Source: the human T2T-CHM13v2.0 reference genome, Homo sapiens
NCBI RefSeq assembly: GCF_009914755.1
Contig: NC_060925.1
Length of the DNA stretch: 64,000 bases
Reading direction: 5' to 3' (one strand)
Shown piece by piece: positions 13,370-43,960 of the stretch (the first letter of the stretch is position 1; the number at the start of each line of letters is the position of its first letter). A program made the translations under genes and the position numbers. The notes below the pieces were generated by a model. The model made no database searches. It was not told where the DNA came from and was given only the letters and a program-made list of their open reading frames with translations.

Positions 13370-13750
13370 GATACTTCAATCATATGCTATAGCAGCATCA
13401 AGAAAGGTACTAGGTGAAGATCACAGCAGCAAACATAACTCCCATGTTGAAACTATAATGCATACCCATCTGGAATATGTAGCTCTGCTCGCCACACCTT
13501 AGAGTAGATATTATAGAAACAAAAAATAAGTCCAGAAATGGGAAAATAAATTATGAAATGGCAACTATAAGGGATGAAATTAGGAGTCTCTGAAGTTCAA
13601 AGACAAAAGAAGCTCAGAAAAATATTTCCCAAAGCTTATAAGATCATAAATTTTACAGATAAGATAAAAATAAGCACCAAGAGACCAAATTAATATGGCA
13701 AAAGTTTAAGGCAAATCCAAGGAAAATAAAATATTTTGATGGAATAGGTA
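13370..13750 (+). mobile_element. Possible L3/CR1 fossil
   Basis: acccatctggaatatgtagctctgctcgccacacctt...gtccagaaatggg resembles the CR1/L3 RT C-terminal PHLEY..VQ region; very diverged. Confidence 0.4.
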
Positions 13751-13779
13751 AAATATATAAGATGTATAATACTACTGCA

Positions 13780-14470
13780 TTTAGAATAAAATCCAAAATC
13801 CCTCCCAAGTTCCATAAGTCTCAGTATTCCTGGCTCCTTCCTGCCTCTCAGATCTCTTCTCCTCCAGCTGTCCTCTCATTCCCTAGGCCCCAGCCACACT
13901 AGCTCCCTCCTGTTCCTCTAATGCACCTCTGTGCTCACTATTGACTCTGCCTGGAATGCTCTTCTCCTAGGTTTCACCTGGCAAGCTGCTTTCTATCATT
14001 GACATCTCAGCTTAAAAGTCACATCCTCATGAGGACCGTCCCTGATTGTCCTACTCAAGGCTACTTGCTCTTGGAACCAACCAATATTGCATTACTTAGT
14101 TTAATTTTCCTCATAGTACTTATCATCATATAAGGTCATCATTCGTTTATTTATTCATGTAAACTTTTTTCTCTCAAACTAAGGAAAAAAACAATTAAAG
14201 AGTTTTATCATCAAAGAGACTTTCCCTCACCACCCCAGGCTAGTTCAGATCACTCTATTTTATTACTAACTTCCACCTCACCTTGTCATTTTTCTTTTGT
14301 AATCCAACTTATACTTGTAATTTATTTTCCAATATCTGTTTTTCTCCATAAATTCCATGAGTTAGGGGCCACTGTGTGCTATCTTATTAATCAATGTATA
14401 CCCACCAGTTACCAGTATATGGAAAGTACTCAATAAATACTTTCTCGAATAGAAGAATAACTGGTGAATG
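13780..14470 (+). mobile_element. L2 LINE fragments
   Basis: tttagaataaaatccaaaatcc...cccagccacactagc...ctctgcctggaatgctcttc...ctcaataaatac. Confidence 0.7.
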
Positions 14471-14791
14471 AGAAAGAATTGGGAATAAAAAGGCAGAAAA
14501 AGGAAAGCAAAAATAAATAAAAAGCTACATGAAAAAAATTATGGCATTATATTAACCACTTACTATTCCGTTCTCCAAATACCACTGTTTCCTACTAAAC
14601 AAGAATATAACAGGCTCTAAACTGCATTTGTAATACAATATATAGGAAAATAAACTTTTAAGAGTTTCATATCTGCAATTTATGCCCTGTGCTTTCTGAT
14701 TCACTTTTTGTAAATAAAATCCTGTGGATCTTTGGAACTGCAATTCTTCCAAATCAGCAATTCAAGTAACAAAAGGAATTCTGGATGACTA

Positions 14792-15176
<385 letters not shown>

Positions 15177-15246
15177 TCATGGAATAAAATTTTGTTCTTC
15201 AGTAATTATGAAACTGTCTTTGAAAACTCTGTTAAAAACAACTTTG

Positions 15247-15545
15247 ACTCATGCCTGTAATCCCAGCACTTGGGGAAGCCGAGGCAAGTGGATCACTTGA
15301 GGTCAGGAGTTCGAGACCAGCCTGGCCAACATGGTGAAACCCTGTCTCCACTAAAAACACAAAAATTAGCCAGGCATGGTGGCACATGCCTGTAATCCAA
15401 GTTACTCACAAGGTGGAGGCAGGAGAATCGCTTGAACCCAGGAGGCAGAGGTTGCAGTGACCCGAGATCACACCACTGCACTCCAGCCAGGGTGATAGAG
15501 TGAGACTGTGTCTCAAAAATAAATAAATACATAAACAAACAAACA
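15247..15545 (+). mobile_element. AluS element, slightly 5'-truncated
   Basis: Dimer with TAAA/CAAA tail; TSD aaacaactttga on both flanks. Confidence 0.92.
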
Positions 15546-16262
15546 ACTTTGAGACATTTTACTTCAAAGGTTTAGATTAGTTCTTATGGAACATAGCTAA
15601 TAATCTTTAAAGTCCTTTATTACACTAACAGTTCATCTGGAGTAATGATATTCTAATAAATGCTATATTTTAGAAGATACATAATATTAATATCTTTGTC
15701 AAATATATCTTAGAATTACCTTCTCTGTCCTCTTTATAATATGTAAAAGAAATTGATGAGTCCAGCATACGCTTCATCTTAAATGAGGTGTATGAGAAAC
15801 ATGCTAAACTATGGTTCCCTATCTCTGCTTCACAATATAAAGGTGATTCCAGAATTTGGAAGCCTCAACTGTAACAAACTAGATGAAGACAGAAGCTGAT
15901 TAGATAAACTGCAGTGGTCAGGAAGCCTCACCAACAGAGCAAACAACCTCCATCTTCAGCTGCTTATTGAGAGGCCATAATCCTTTGCTGCAATACATAC
16001 AACAGTGGCTAGACTGAACACAGAGAAGGGACATCTGTTTCTTAGGCCTGTTCTTTCTCATAAATGATTGATGGCAAATATGGAGGAGAGTGATCTGGAT
16101 GCACAAAGAAACTTGAAAATTTTACTCTAGCCAATTTTAGGCTTTCGTTAATTCAAAGCTGTATCTGCCATACAACAAGAACATTTTCACTAGATCAAAA
16201 GAGGAATAAGAATATCTGCAGGCCTTGAGATTTCAACTATTTTGCCTTTTAAACTATATATT

Positions 16263-16836
<574 letters not shown>

Positions 16837-17732
16837 CTGTACGTATACGTGTGGTCTGGCCTCTGCCTACCTCCCTAACCACATTTCATGGTATTTTGCA
16901 CCATATTTTCCCTACTGCAGCCACCCCTGCACCATCCCACCACCCAGTTTCTATTATTTTATTACATTGAACCATAAGTTCCTAAAATATACCAATCTCT
17001 TTTCTGCCTCAGGGTATTTGATCTTGTTGTTAGCGTGGCCTGGACTCCTCCAGATCACTGCACTTTGTATTATATTATGCAGGTCTCAATATAAAAGTTC
17101 TTTCCACAGAGAGGCCTTCATTGACCACCTAATTTGAAAGAGCCCCAGCCTGCAATCCCGGCAGGAGGAGTGGGAACAGGAGTTCATTCATTGCCCTTAG
17201 CATTCCTGGGAAGTTTGATAACATAATGTAAGACAGGCAAAAACCAAAAACAGTATTGAGCAAATGTCACTTTCTACCTCCCTATGCCATTGCACAGGTC
17301 ATAGAATTCTAACTATTGAAATTCTATTCCATTTTCTTCATGACAACTTTTCTGACTCTGACTGAGAAGCAGGGACTCAATTGTACAATTTGCCCCCTAT
17401 TACTTTGTATTCTCTCAGACCACTTAGCGCATTCTTTCTTATTTTGTATTCATTCCGCAAACATTTGAGTGCCTAATATGATCTAGGCAATACTGTGAAC
17501 AACATAAGCATGAATTCCTCCAACAGTTCACATTTTAGTAAGAGTGACAGATCTATAAACAAATAATTTCAACCGAATGAGGCAAGTACAATAGGAGAGA
17601 TGTATACTACATAAAATGGTGACAAAAAGAATGAACAATCAACCTCTTTCTTTTTCTTTTTTTCTTGATTTCACAGTGTGGAGGGGAAAGCTCTGAATAT
17701 CTGCATAGATTTTAAATTTGTATTTATTTATA

Positions 17733-17855
17733 CTTTTTTAGAGACAAGGTCTCGCTATGTTGCTCAGGCTGGCCTTGAACTCTTGGCCTCAAGCAATCCT
17801 CTGACCTCAGCCTCTTCAATAGCTGGGACTACACACATATGCCACCGCACCTGAC
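17733..17855 (-). mobile_element. Alu monomer (FLAM)
   Basis: tttttagagacaaggtctcgctatgttgctcaggctggccttgaactc...tagctgggactac. Confidence 0.85.
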
Positions 17856-17923
17856 TCGACTCAACCCTCTTTGAGTAGGGAAGGAAGGCATCACAGAAGA
17901 GACACCTACACTGGGTCTGGAAG

Positions 17924-18720
17924 TGAATCCACCTTTGCAAAAATTATAACAGTGAGAGAAATCTAACCTAACTGACTCCATATTGCTTCTAACCTCACAA
18001 AGCTAACTGCCCTTGCTCATACCTGGGCATAGGCAAGCTAACTATGGGAGAAATTTATAGTTTAACTTTGAAGCAAGGATGGTAATAGTCCCTTCCAAAA
18101 CTGACCCCCTCTAGGGACTAAAACAGCCTTGTAAGACTAATAGAAGGCCGCAAGGTTAGGACTATGGGAGGGACCTAAAATCTGCTAAAATATAGGCATA
18201 GGTAAGCAATAACCAGCTACTGTTCCTTGCTTTTCTATAATTTCTTACTATTCAGAAGTCATGTAGCCAGAGGTCACAAGATTTGTAACTTCACCAATTG
18301 CTCCTTTAGATAACATCACTATTGTAAAACCTAAGATTGGTCTTGAGATATTTTTCAGGCTTCTGCATTCTGGCAAACCTCCTGATGCCACCCAGATACA
18401 TGCCTCATACCAAGAAACTGACTCTACTAGTCCTATGACTCTCACCTAGACAACTGACTCAGCACAGGAAGACAGTTTGGAAACACCTATAAATTCATCC
18501 CCAACCAATCAGCAGCGCCCATTCCCTACCAACCTGCCCACAAAATTATCCTTGAAAACCACAACTTCCAAGCTGTCAGGGAGGCGGATTTTAGAAATAT
18601 TTCCCATCCTTCCACTCAACTGCCTTGCCTCCATTAAACTCTTTCTCTGCTGCAACTCCTGCATTCTCAATGTTTGGCCTTTCTGGGAAGTGGGCAAGAA
18701 GAACACGTTGGCCTGTAATA
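17924..18720 (+). mobile_element. Solo ERV1 LTR, LTR8A/LTR8B-like
   Basis: Starts TGaatccacctttgcaaaaattataacagtgagagaaatctaacctaactgactccat (recalled LTR8-family 5' end). ATTAAA near 18633. Flanks gaag/ggag resemble a 4-bp TSD. Inserted in L2. Confidence 0.75.
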
Positions 18721-19900
18721 GGAGAATAAATAAGTTTGGCAAGCAACAAGAGGGTGCAAGTATTCTGTGTAGAAGGAATTGCAAGTGCAAAGTAGAAAGA
18801 GGAGGCATACTACCAGTTTGAAGTTGCTTGGTATGTTCAATGAAAAGCAAGTAGCTAAAAGGCAAGAGAATTTTTTTTTTTTAAGTATGGAAAGGGAAAG
18901 GCAAAAGCTAGACAGAAAAGTGCTTGTTCATGGAGGAACTTGTGTGCCATTCTAGACATTTTACTGTAGGAAATAGGGAATCTAGAGTTTTAAGGAGGTG
19001 AGTAAATCAACAGGTTGGGTTTTTAAAAATTCCTTCTTGTGGCAGAGAAAATAATGGATTGGAGAATTTCCAGACCAGACTGTAAAAGTCACTATTAAAA
19101 TAATCATGAAATGAGGAGATGACAAACTAAAATTTGATCTAGTGAACAACTGAATATGGGAGAAATAGAAGAGGGAGGAATGTAGGATAACTCTGATTTC
19201 TAGTTTAGGTTATAATATAGTAGTAGCATTATTTAACTTGGTGAAAATAGGAGAAACCAGGAGGAAAGATAGCAAGTTCAGTTTTGGTCATATTAAGTTT
19301 GAAGGACATTTGAGACAGATGTGTCCAGGAAGCAACTGAGTTAGGCATTAGTAGATCTGAGAGGAAAATTGAAATTTAGAAGCAAAATCAAAGGTGTTAG
19401 TAGAATCCATGTGAGTGGACAAAATCACCCAAGGAAAATGTCTAGACTAAGAAATGAAAGTAATCAAGGAGTTAATTCCAAAGAATGACATTCAAAAACC
19501 AGGCACAGCCAGTAAAAGGAATTAATGACTATGAACCTCAGTTGTCACAAAGAGACTAAGTAATGTAAATTTTGAGAAGTAATTACTGTATTTGGTATTT
19601 AAAAGGCCATTAGAAACTTAAGCAAGAACAACTTTCTTGAAGCCATTAAAGAAGCCAGACAGAAGACTTTTGTCTGTTTGATATAAGTAAAAATAATATC
19701 CTTTCAAGAAGTTTACTGATAGATAGGAGGACTAGGAAATAACTGGATAAACACAGGATGGAGGACATGGTTTTGCTTTATTTAATTTTCATAAGATGTG
19801 TGACTTGAGCACTGAAGAGAAGAAACTGGAGAGGAAAAGGCTGAACGCACAGGAAAGAAAAAAACAACTGGAAGCGAAATGTAACAGATGGAAGCAAATG
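18721..19900 (-). mobile_element. L2 LINE fragments
   Basis: aagttcagttttggtcatattaagtttga, gatgtgtccaggaagcaactg and similar L2 antisense motifs. Confidence 0.6.
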
Positions 19901-21019
19901 AGATCAAGAGCAAAGATGGATGGATTATCCTTTAATATCCCTTTCTCTACACTAGAAATACAAGACTAAAGGCTCGGCAAAAATATAGAGCAATGTGTAG
20001 GTTGGGGGCATGAGGTTGAAGAAATGGCCTGTTATACTCCATCATGTTTAGAAAGGAGAAATGAAGAGGGCAAAAGACAGGGTTTGTAAAGGGAAGGTTT
20101 GAAAATGTCTTCACAGAGAATGGGTCAGGGGAAAACTGGGGTAACCAAAAGGATTGCTGAGTAGTATGAAGAAACAAGGGGTGGTGGGTGAGGGCTCTGT
20201 TTCTAAATTCATAGCTATAACTATCTAAAGATCTTTCTATCCTCCAGTCCGTTATCCATAAGTGCTTAAAAGATATGGTAGTTAAGTGAATTAACTAGAA
20301 CCCTCTCAAACATAGGGGTGAATTAAAATAATCTATAGGCTTATTTAAAATGCAAATACCGAGCTCCATTCCTTTCATTCAGAATTTCCAGGGGTGAAGC
20401 CCAAACAGTGAAGTCCAGAAGCTCTCCAAGCAATCCCAGGAGAAATTTCTGTTTAAAAAAAAAAAGAAGAAGAAAGAAAAGAAAAGAGAAAAGAAAAGCA
20501 AGCACAGACCTAGAAGGTAACCAACTGGATAGAAGAGCGCTGATCCAACATACACCTGTTAATGGCCCTCGTGGGGGCGTGGGGCAGTGCTCTGCCACTC
20601 AGAAAAGCAAAAAGACTCCAAGATCTAGGGAGATTCAGATCAGTGTTGAGACAGTCACATACACACCACCCCATACTCTTAATAAAGCGCGTTAATGTGA
20701 ATCTGTGAACATGAAAAATGCCATGATGAACAATGCAAACACATAATGTTTGTTCAAAACAGGTTATTAGACTCGATGCCTTACCCTAAATTTTCTGTTT
20801 CATTACTCTAGAGACTTAGTAACATTAGTGGAATTCAGGGTGCTGTAAGAAATACGGAGAGCGAGGAGACTGCAGGAACAGCCCGTGGGAAGGGGGAAAG
20901 AGATAACGGGGAGAAGGTCGGGAGGACCGGACAACTTTAAGTGCCCATCCGCCCGAAGACTTGGAAAGCTAAGTAAGTAGGACCCCAGAGCCGTTCTTCT
21001 GGCATCCCCTGGCACTCAC

Positions 21020-21022
21020 CAT
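21020..21022 (-). CDS. NME7: NME7 (nucleoside diphosphate kinase 7) coding part of exon 1: ATG only, followed by intron 1
   Basis: Minus strand ...ctgagacaATG|gtgagt, with a perfect donor at 21019-21014. Head-to-head position with BLZF1 matches the known NME7 arrangement. No exon encoding NHSERFVFIAEWYD was seen in 1-21019, so exon 2 lies outside the window. Confidence 0.8.
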
Positions 21023-21240
21023 TGTCTCAGGATCTCAGCACTAGAAAATAGGTATCGTTGAGACAGGAAGACACCACCACCACCACCATCATACGGTTAC
21101 TCAGGCAACAAAGCCCCGCCCACTGTCGCACGAGGCGTGGGACGCCACCGCCCCACCTCTTCGTCCTTAGTGGCTGGGAGTAATCTCAGCTGCGTTCATC
21201 CAATCGACAGACCCGCCCCTCCACGCTGTCGCCTGGGGCT
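21020..21240 (-). other. NME7: NME7 exon 1 (5' UTR plus ATG); 5' boundary approximate
   Basis: Donor at 21019; lies inside the CpG island. The TSS cannot be determined from sequence alone. Confidence 0.6.
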
Positions 21241-21479
21241 ACGAGACGCCATTATTCTGTTTCCGGCAGTTTTACTTCCGTTTGTTTAACAGCTGGCCCG
21301 GAAGTTTAAGTGAATATGCGGCTTGGGCTCCAAAAGTTGCTGTACGGTATTTTATTTTAAAGTAGAAATCTGTCCGCTTTTCACTTACGGAGGCCTTACA
21401 GTGTGTGTTCTGTGTTACTTGAGTTTATACGCACTGCAGAATTTGTTTATCCTGCTCTTTTGGAAACGTATTCCGGAAG

Positions 21480-21654
21480 CGAAACCCTGAGTAATCGGAA
21501 GTGGTTAGGAGTGAGAGAGCTGCTGGATATGCGGAGGGACTGGGCGGGTCGGCTTCCGAATGGAAGAGGTCTGTGAGAAGTTAACCTGGTGATACCGATC
21601 CGAAGAGCCTATCAAGTGAAGCCCCCTGAAATACGGAGAATAAGAATCTTAGAG
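21480..21654 (+). other. BLZF1: BLZF1 non-coding exon 1 (5' boundary approximate)
   Basis: Donor agag|gtaaat at 21654/21655 within the CpG island, upstream of the exon 2 acceptor. Confidence 0.65.
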
Positions 21655-22840
21655 GTAAATCCGAGGACAAGCAGGTATAACTAAGGATGTTGGAAAGGGA
21701 CGGAGGTCTGGTTGGAGCTCGGTGGCCAGTAGCTTTGGATTTAGGGAAAGATTGTTGTTCCGGGAAGACTTTTTCAGACAGGGATGAAACTTAGGTTTCG
21801 ACTTCCCCGGACAGCAAAGTTGACAGGCTTGTCGCTTCCCGGCCTATCGCTTTCATACCTGCTCACTCCCCCTACTTACTTCTTCACCCCCTCCGCTTCA
21901 TTTGGCATTTGCCAGCAGGCACTCGCTGTACCTGTACGTTTCGCAGAGCAGCTATCAAGGGCAGTTTCAGGGATCGTTACTCTTACGAAGGGTTTTTTGG
22001 ATACCTCTTTTCGGAGCAGTAGAGTGTAAGTGTAGAAAAGTTTGTGACTGTTAAGAAAGTTAGTCGTCGGGTTCACTAATTGAACTGAGTTGTATCTAGT
22101 ACTGAGAACGATCTTTTTTTGTAGTGAAACCAGTTGTCATCTAGTGTACAGTTTGTCATATTTATATCATTGCAGTAGCATCACCTTCTTATATGTTCTC
22201 TGGTAAATCTGAGTCTGTACTGTAAGACAATGTATACATTTCTGAAAGCATGGGCTCGATATGTTTCTCTTTTTACTTTTGGAGCTACACTATTTTAATT
22301 TTAACTTTTTATTACCAAAAAAGTATAAATTATGTTATCTTGAGTAATATTTTTTGTCGTTTGTTAAACATCTAAACAGAAGCTCCTTTTTGATATGTGT
22401 GTATGTGTATACAAATTGTGTCGGTATGTCTCCTAAGAAAGTAATTACTTTAAAATTCCTCTTGTCATATGGATGACAAAACCACCACAGTAACTTCATT
22501 CCCTTTGCTTGGCTAAAATTCAGGACATACTTCTGACAATTTAGAGTGTATTGGTGAGGATGGTGAAACGGAGTATTTAGAAGTAAACCACCCCTAATTT
22601 TTTTTTTTTTTGAGACTTTTAGTAGACATAACAATGCCTTCTGTGAGAATGGGATATAAGGGACATTTCTCTTTCTAAATGCATGCGTACTAAATACAGA
22701 AGCAATTAAAATATCATAACTTTTAAATTGGAGGTACTCTATGTGTTTATATGATATTTTTAAAATTATTTCATATGCATACATTTCTAGGTTGTTCAGC
22801 AGAAGTCTTGGAGTGCATTTTCAGTGGTTAAGGTGAAAAA

Positions 22841-40507
<17,667 letters not shown>

Positions 40508-40867
40508 CAGTCAATATGTTGGAGGCATGCTAAGGTACTTCCTTATTACCCAAGAGTCATTATTATTTGGGAGCTGGGGTTCTTACAATGCTAGAAATAA
40601 TATCACTTCCTATTTACATAATGTATACACCCAAAGATATTTTATGTACTAGACTCCAGATTACCCTTTCTTAATAAATATCTCAGGGTAAGGAAAGAAA
40701 GAAACTGTATAGATATATTTAAAATAGAGAATACTTTCCAAGCAATACATGATACTTTTCCTAAAAGACTCTAAAAGAAAAAGATTCTGTAACTCTCTTT
40801 TAGCACCAAATTATTGTTTATCTTGCTGGATATTTTATATGAACAGTGTTAATTTAGATGCACTAAA

Positions 40868-41005
40868 GCAAAGGTAGGCAAACTACAACCATGAGTCAAA
40901 CATGGCCACACCCATTCATTTGCTATTGTCTAAGCTGGTTTTGCACTACAACTGCAGAGTTGAATAGATGCAGCAGATCCTTTACAGAAAAAGTTTTCTG
41001 ACCTC
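40868..41005. mobile_element. MER58A-like DNA transposon inside the BLZF1 3' UTR
   Basis: caaaggtaggcaaactac...ccacacccattcattt...ctacaactgcagagttgaatag...cctttacagaaaaagttt. Confidence 0.7.
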
Positions 41006-41607
41006 AATTCTAAAGTAATTGTAGTAGGGAGCTGGAGGACTTTCTTTCCCTTTATGGTAATTTTTTGAGCTACAAAAGAGCCTTGCAGAAATGGGTGAAG
41101 GGATTAATCTTTTAAAAATAAATGCTATATATTAGGAAAATAAAAAATATTTTAGAGCCAAGTTAACAAGTACTTCAGCAAAACATGCTAGTTTTATGCA
41201 GGGGATTCTGTATTCCAAATGGATACAATCCGACATATATAAAAGAAACAGATTCTTAACTATTGACTCTTATTTAGCAAATGCAACAGACAAGAATATC
41301 CAACTTGATATTTATAAAAGGTAGACTTTTTCCAAAAGTGTATAAGCTCAAAGAAAAAATGCAACCTGTCAATTAATATATACTATGTAATATATATTAT
41401 TGTGTATTTATGATTAGCCATCATAAATGCCCATTGCTTGGCCTTTAAGAATAATCACAAAATATTTATATTAAATTATACAAATTTGTTGCAGAAGTGC
41501 CTGTGAGAGAAATCTTCAAAAGACAAACCTGGTCAAATAATAATAATTTTAATGTCAATGATTTTTTTTGTCTGACTCATCTGAGTTATATTTAGTTTTC
41601 AAGTGGC

Positions 41608-41613
41608 AATAAA
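41608..41613 (+). terminator. BLZF1: Probable distal BLZF1 polyadenylation signal (other AATAAA at 40673, 41117, 41139)
   Basis: AATAAA followed by U-rich/GU-rich sequence just before unique sequence gives way to L1. Confidence 0.6.
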
Positions 41614-42027
41614 TTTATCTACCTTCTTTATTGCGACTATTCCTTTTTTCCCCCAGAATTAGTGCTTTGGTTTAGGTCTTTGTCTAGCTTAACTACTTCC
41701 AATTGATTCTTCAGCCTTTTCTTTTAGGTTTACTTACTATAAAAGTCTCAGAAGAAAGCATAAGGGGAAAGCTTCGTGACATTGTATTTGGCAATGATTT
41801 CTTGAATATGACAACAGAAGCACAGGCAACAAAAGAAAAAATAGATAAATTGAATTTCATCAAAATTTCAAATTTTTGTGCATTAAAAGATGCAGTGAAA
41901 AGGCAACACAGAGAATGGGAGAAAATATTTGCAAATCATATATCTGATAACTCTCTAGTGTCCAGAATATATAAAGCACTCCTACAACTCAACCACCAAA
42001 AAACAACCCAATAAAAATTAGCAAAGG

Positions 42028-42638
<611 letters not shown>

Positions 42639-43539
42639 AAAAATTAGCAAAGGACCTGAATAGACATTTCTCCAAAAAGGATATATAGATGGCCAATAAG
42701 CACATCAAAAGATGCTCAGCATAACTACTCATTAAGGAAATGCAAATTAATACCACTTCACATCCATTAGGATGGCAGTTATCAAAAAAGCAAATTATAA
42801 ATGTCAAAGATGTGGAGAAATTGGAACCCCTATGCATTGTTTGTGGGAATGTAAAATGTTGAAAACAGTGTGGCAGATCCTCAAAATATTAAACATACAG
42901 TTACCATATGGCCTAGCAATTCTGCTTCTAGGTAGATTCCCAAAAGAAAGCAGAAACTAGAATAGGTATTTGTACAACAGTGTTCACAGCTGCATTATTC
43001 ACAATAGCCAAAAGGTGGATGTAACACAGTGTCCATCGATGGATGAATAGATAAACAAAATCTGGTATATACATGTGAAGAAATACTATTCAGCCTTAAG
43101 GAATGAAATTTGATGCTACAATGTAGATGAACCTTTAGAATATTATACTAAGTGAAATAAGTCAGACACAAAAAGTCAAATGTCAAATGATTCCATTTAT
43201 ATGAGTTCCTAGAAGAGACAAATTTGTAGAGATGGAAAGCAGAATAGTGGTTATCAGGGACTGGAGAGAGTGTAGAATGGGAAGTTTTTATTTAGTGGGT
43301 ATAGAATTAGAGATTGGGATGACAAAAATGTTCTGGAGATAAACAGTGATGATGGTTGTACAACAATGTCAGTCTACTTAATGCTACTGCATTGTACATT
43401 TAAAAAATATTTAAAATGGTAAATTTTACACGTTACAATTAAAAAACTAAAAAAAAATTATATACACTTTTGTAACCACAAACTCGTGGCACACTTCTGC
43501 AACTGTTGGTTTAACAGTGTCAATAACAATAATAAAGAT

Positions 43540-43897
43540 AAGAGTTAGTGAGCTAAATTTAAAAAATAAAAAAGATCTCAAATCAGCAATCTAACATAAC
43601 ACCTTAAGGAAATAAAAAAAGAACTAAACCCAATGTGAGAAGAAGGAAGGAAATTAAGATTAGAGTGCAGACAAATAGAGAATAGAAAAACAAGAGAGAT
43701 CAAAGAAGTCAACAGTTAGTTCTTTAAAAAGAAAGACTAAATTGACAAATCTGTAGCCATACTGACTAAGAAAAATAAAACAGGTAAAACTAAAATCAGA
43801 AATGAAAGTGGGGACATTATTAGTCACCTTACATAAAGAAAAACTGTACACCAATAAACTAGGTAAACTAGTTTACAGACAAATTCCTAGAAAGACA
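43540..43897 (+). mobile_element. L1M ORF2 fragment
   Basis: gatctcaaatcagcaatctaac...agaagaaggaaggaaat...aaaatcagaaatgaaagtggggacatta...gacaaattcctagaaagaca. Confidence 0.75.
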
Positions 43898-43960
43898 TGT
43901 ATTAGTCCACTCTCATGGTGCTACAAAGAAACCTGAGTAATTTATAAAGGAAAGAGGTTT
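43898..43960 (-). mobile_element. THE1/MST (MaLR) LTR stub
   Basis: tgtattagtccactctcatggtgcta...gtaatttataaaggaaagaggttt is the typical THE1 terminal sequence, abruptly cut. Confidence 0.7.

Larger units (their letters stand above)
20860..22020. promoter_or_regulatory. CpG-rich bidirectional promoter shared by NME7 (-) and BLZF1 (+)
   Basis: Sharp rise in CpG. CCAAT 21200-21204; GC box 21212-21219; ETS/GABP cores at 21261, 21274, 21298, 21471, 21496, 21551; X-box-like 21096-21109; divergent first exons. Confidence 0.9.

Noticed and set aside
18477-18865. Overlapping 114-aa and 118-aa ORFs
   Set aside because: They lie across the LTR8-like/L2 boundary, with no coding signature.
22335-22784. 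149-aa minus-strand ORF in BLZF1 intron 1
   Set aside because: AT-rich, crosses a poly(T) run, no recognisable domain or splice support.
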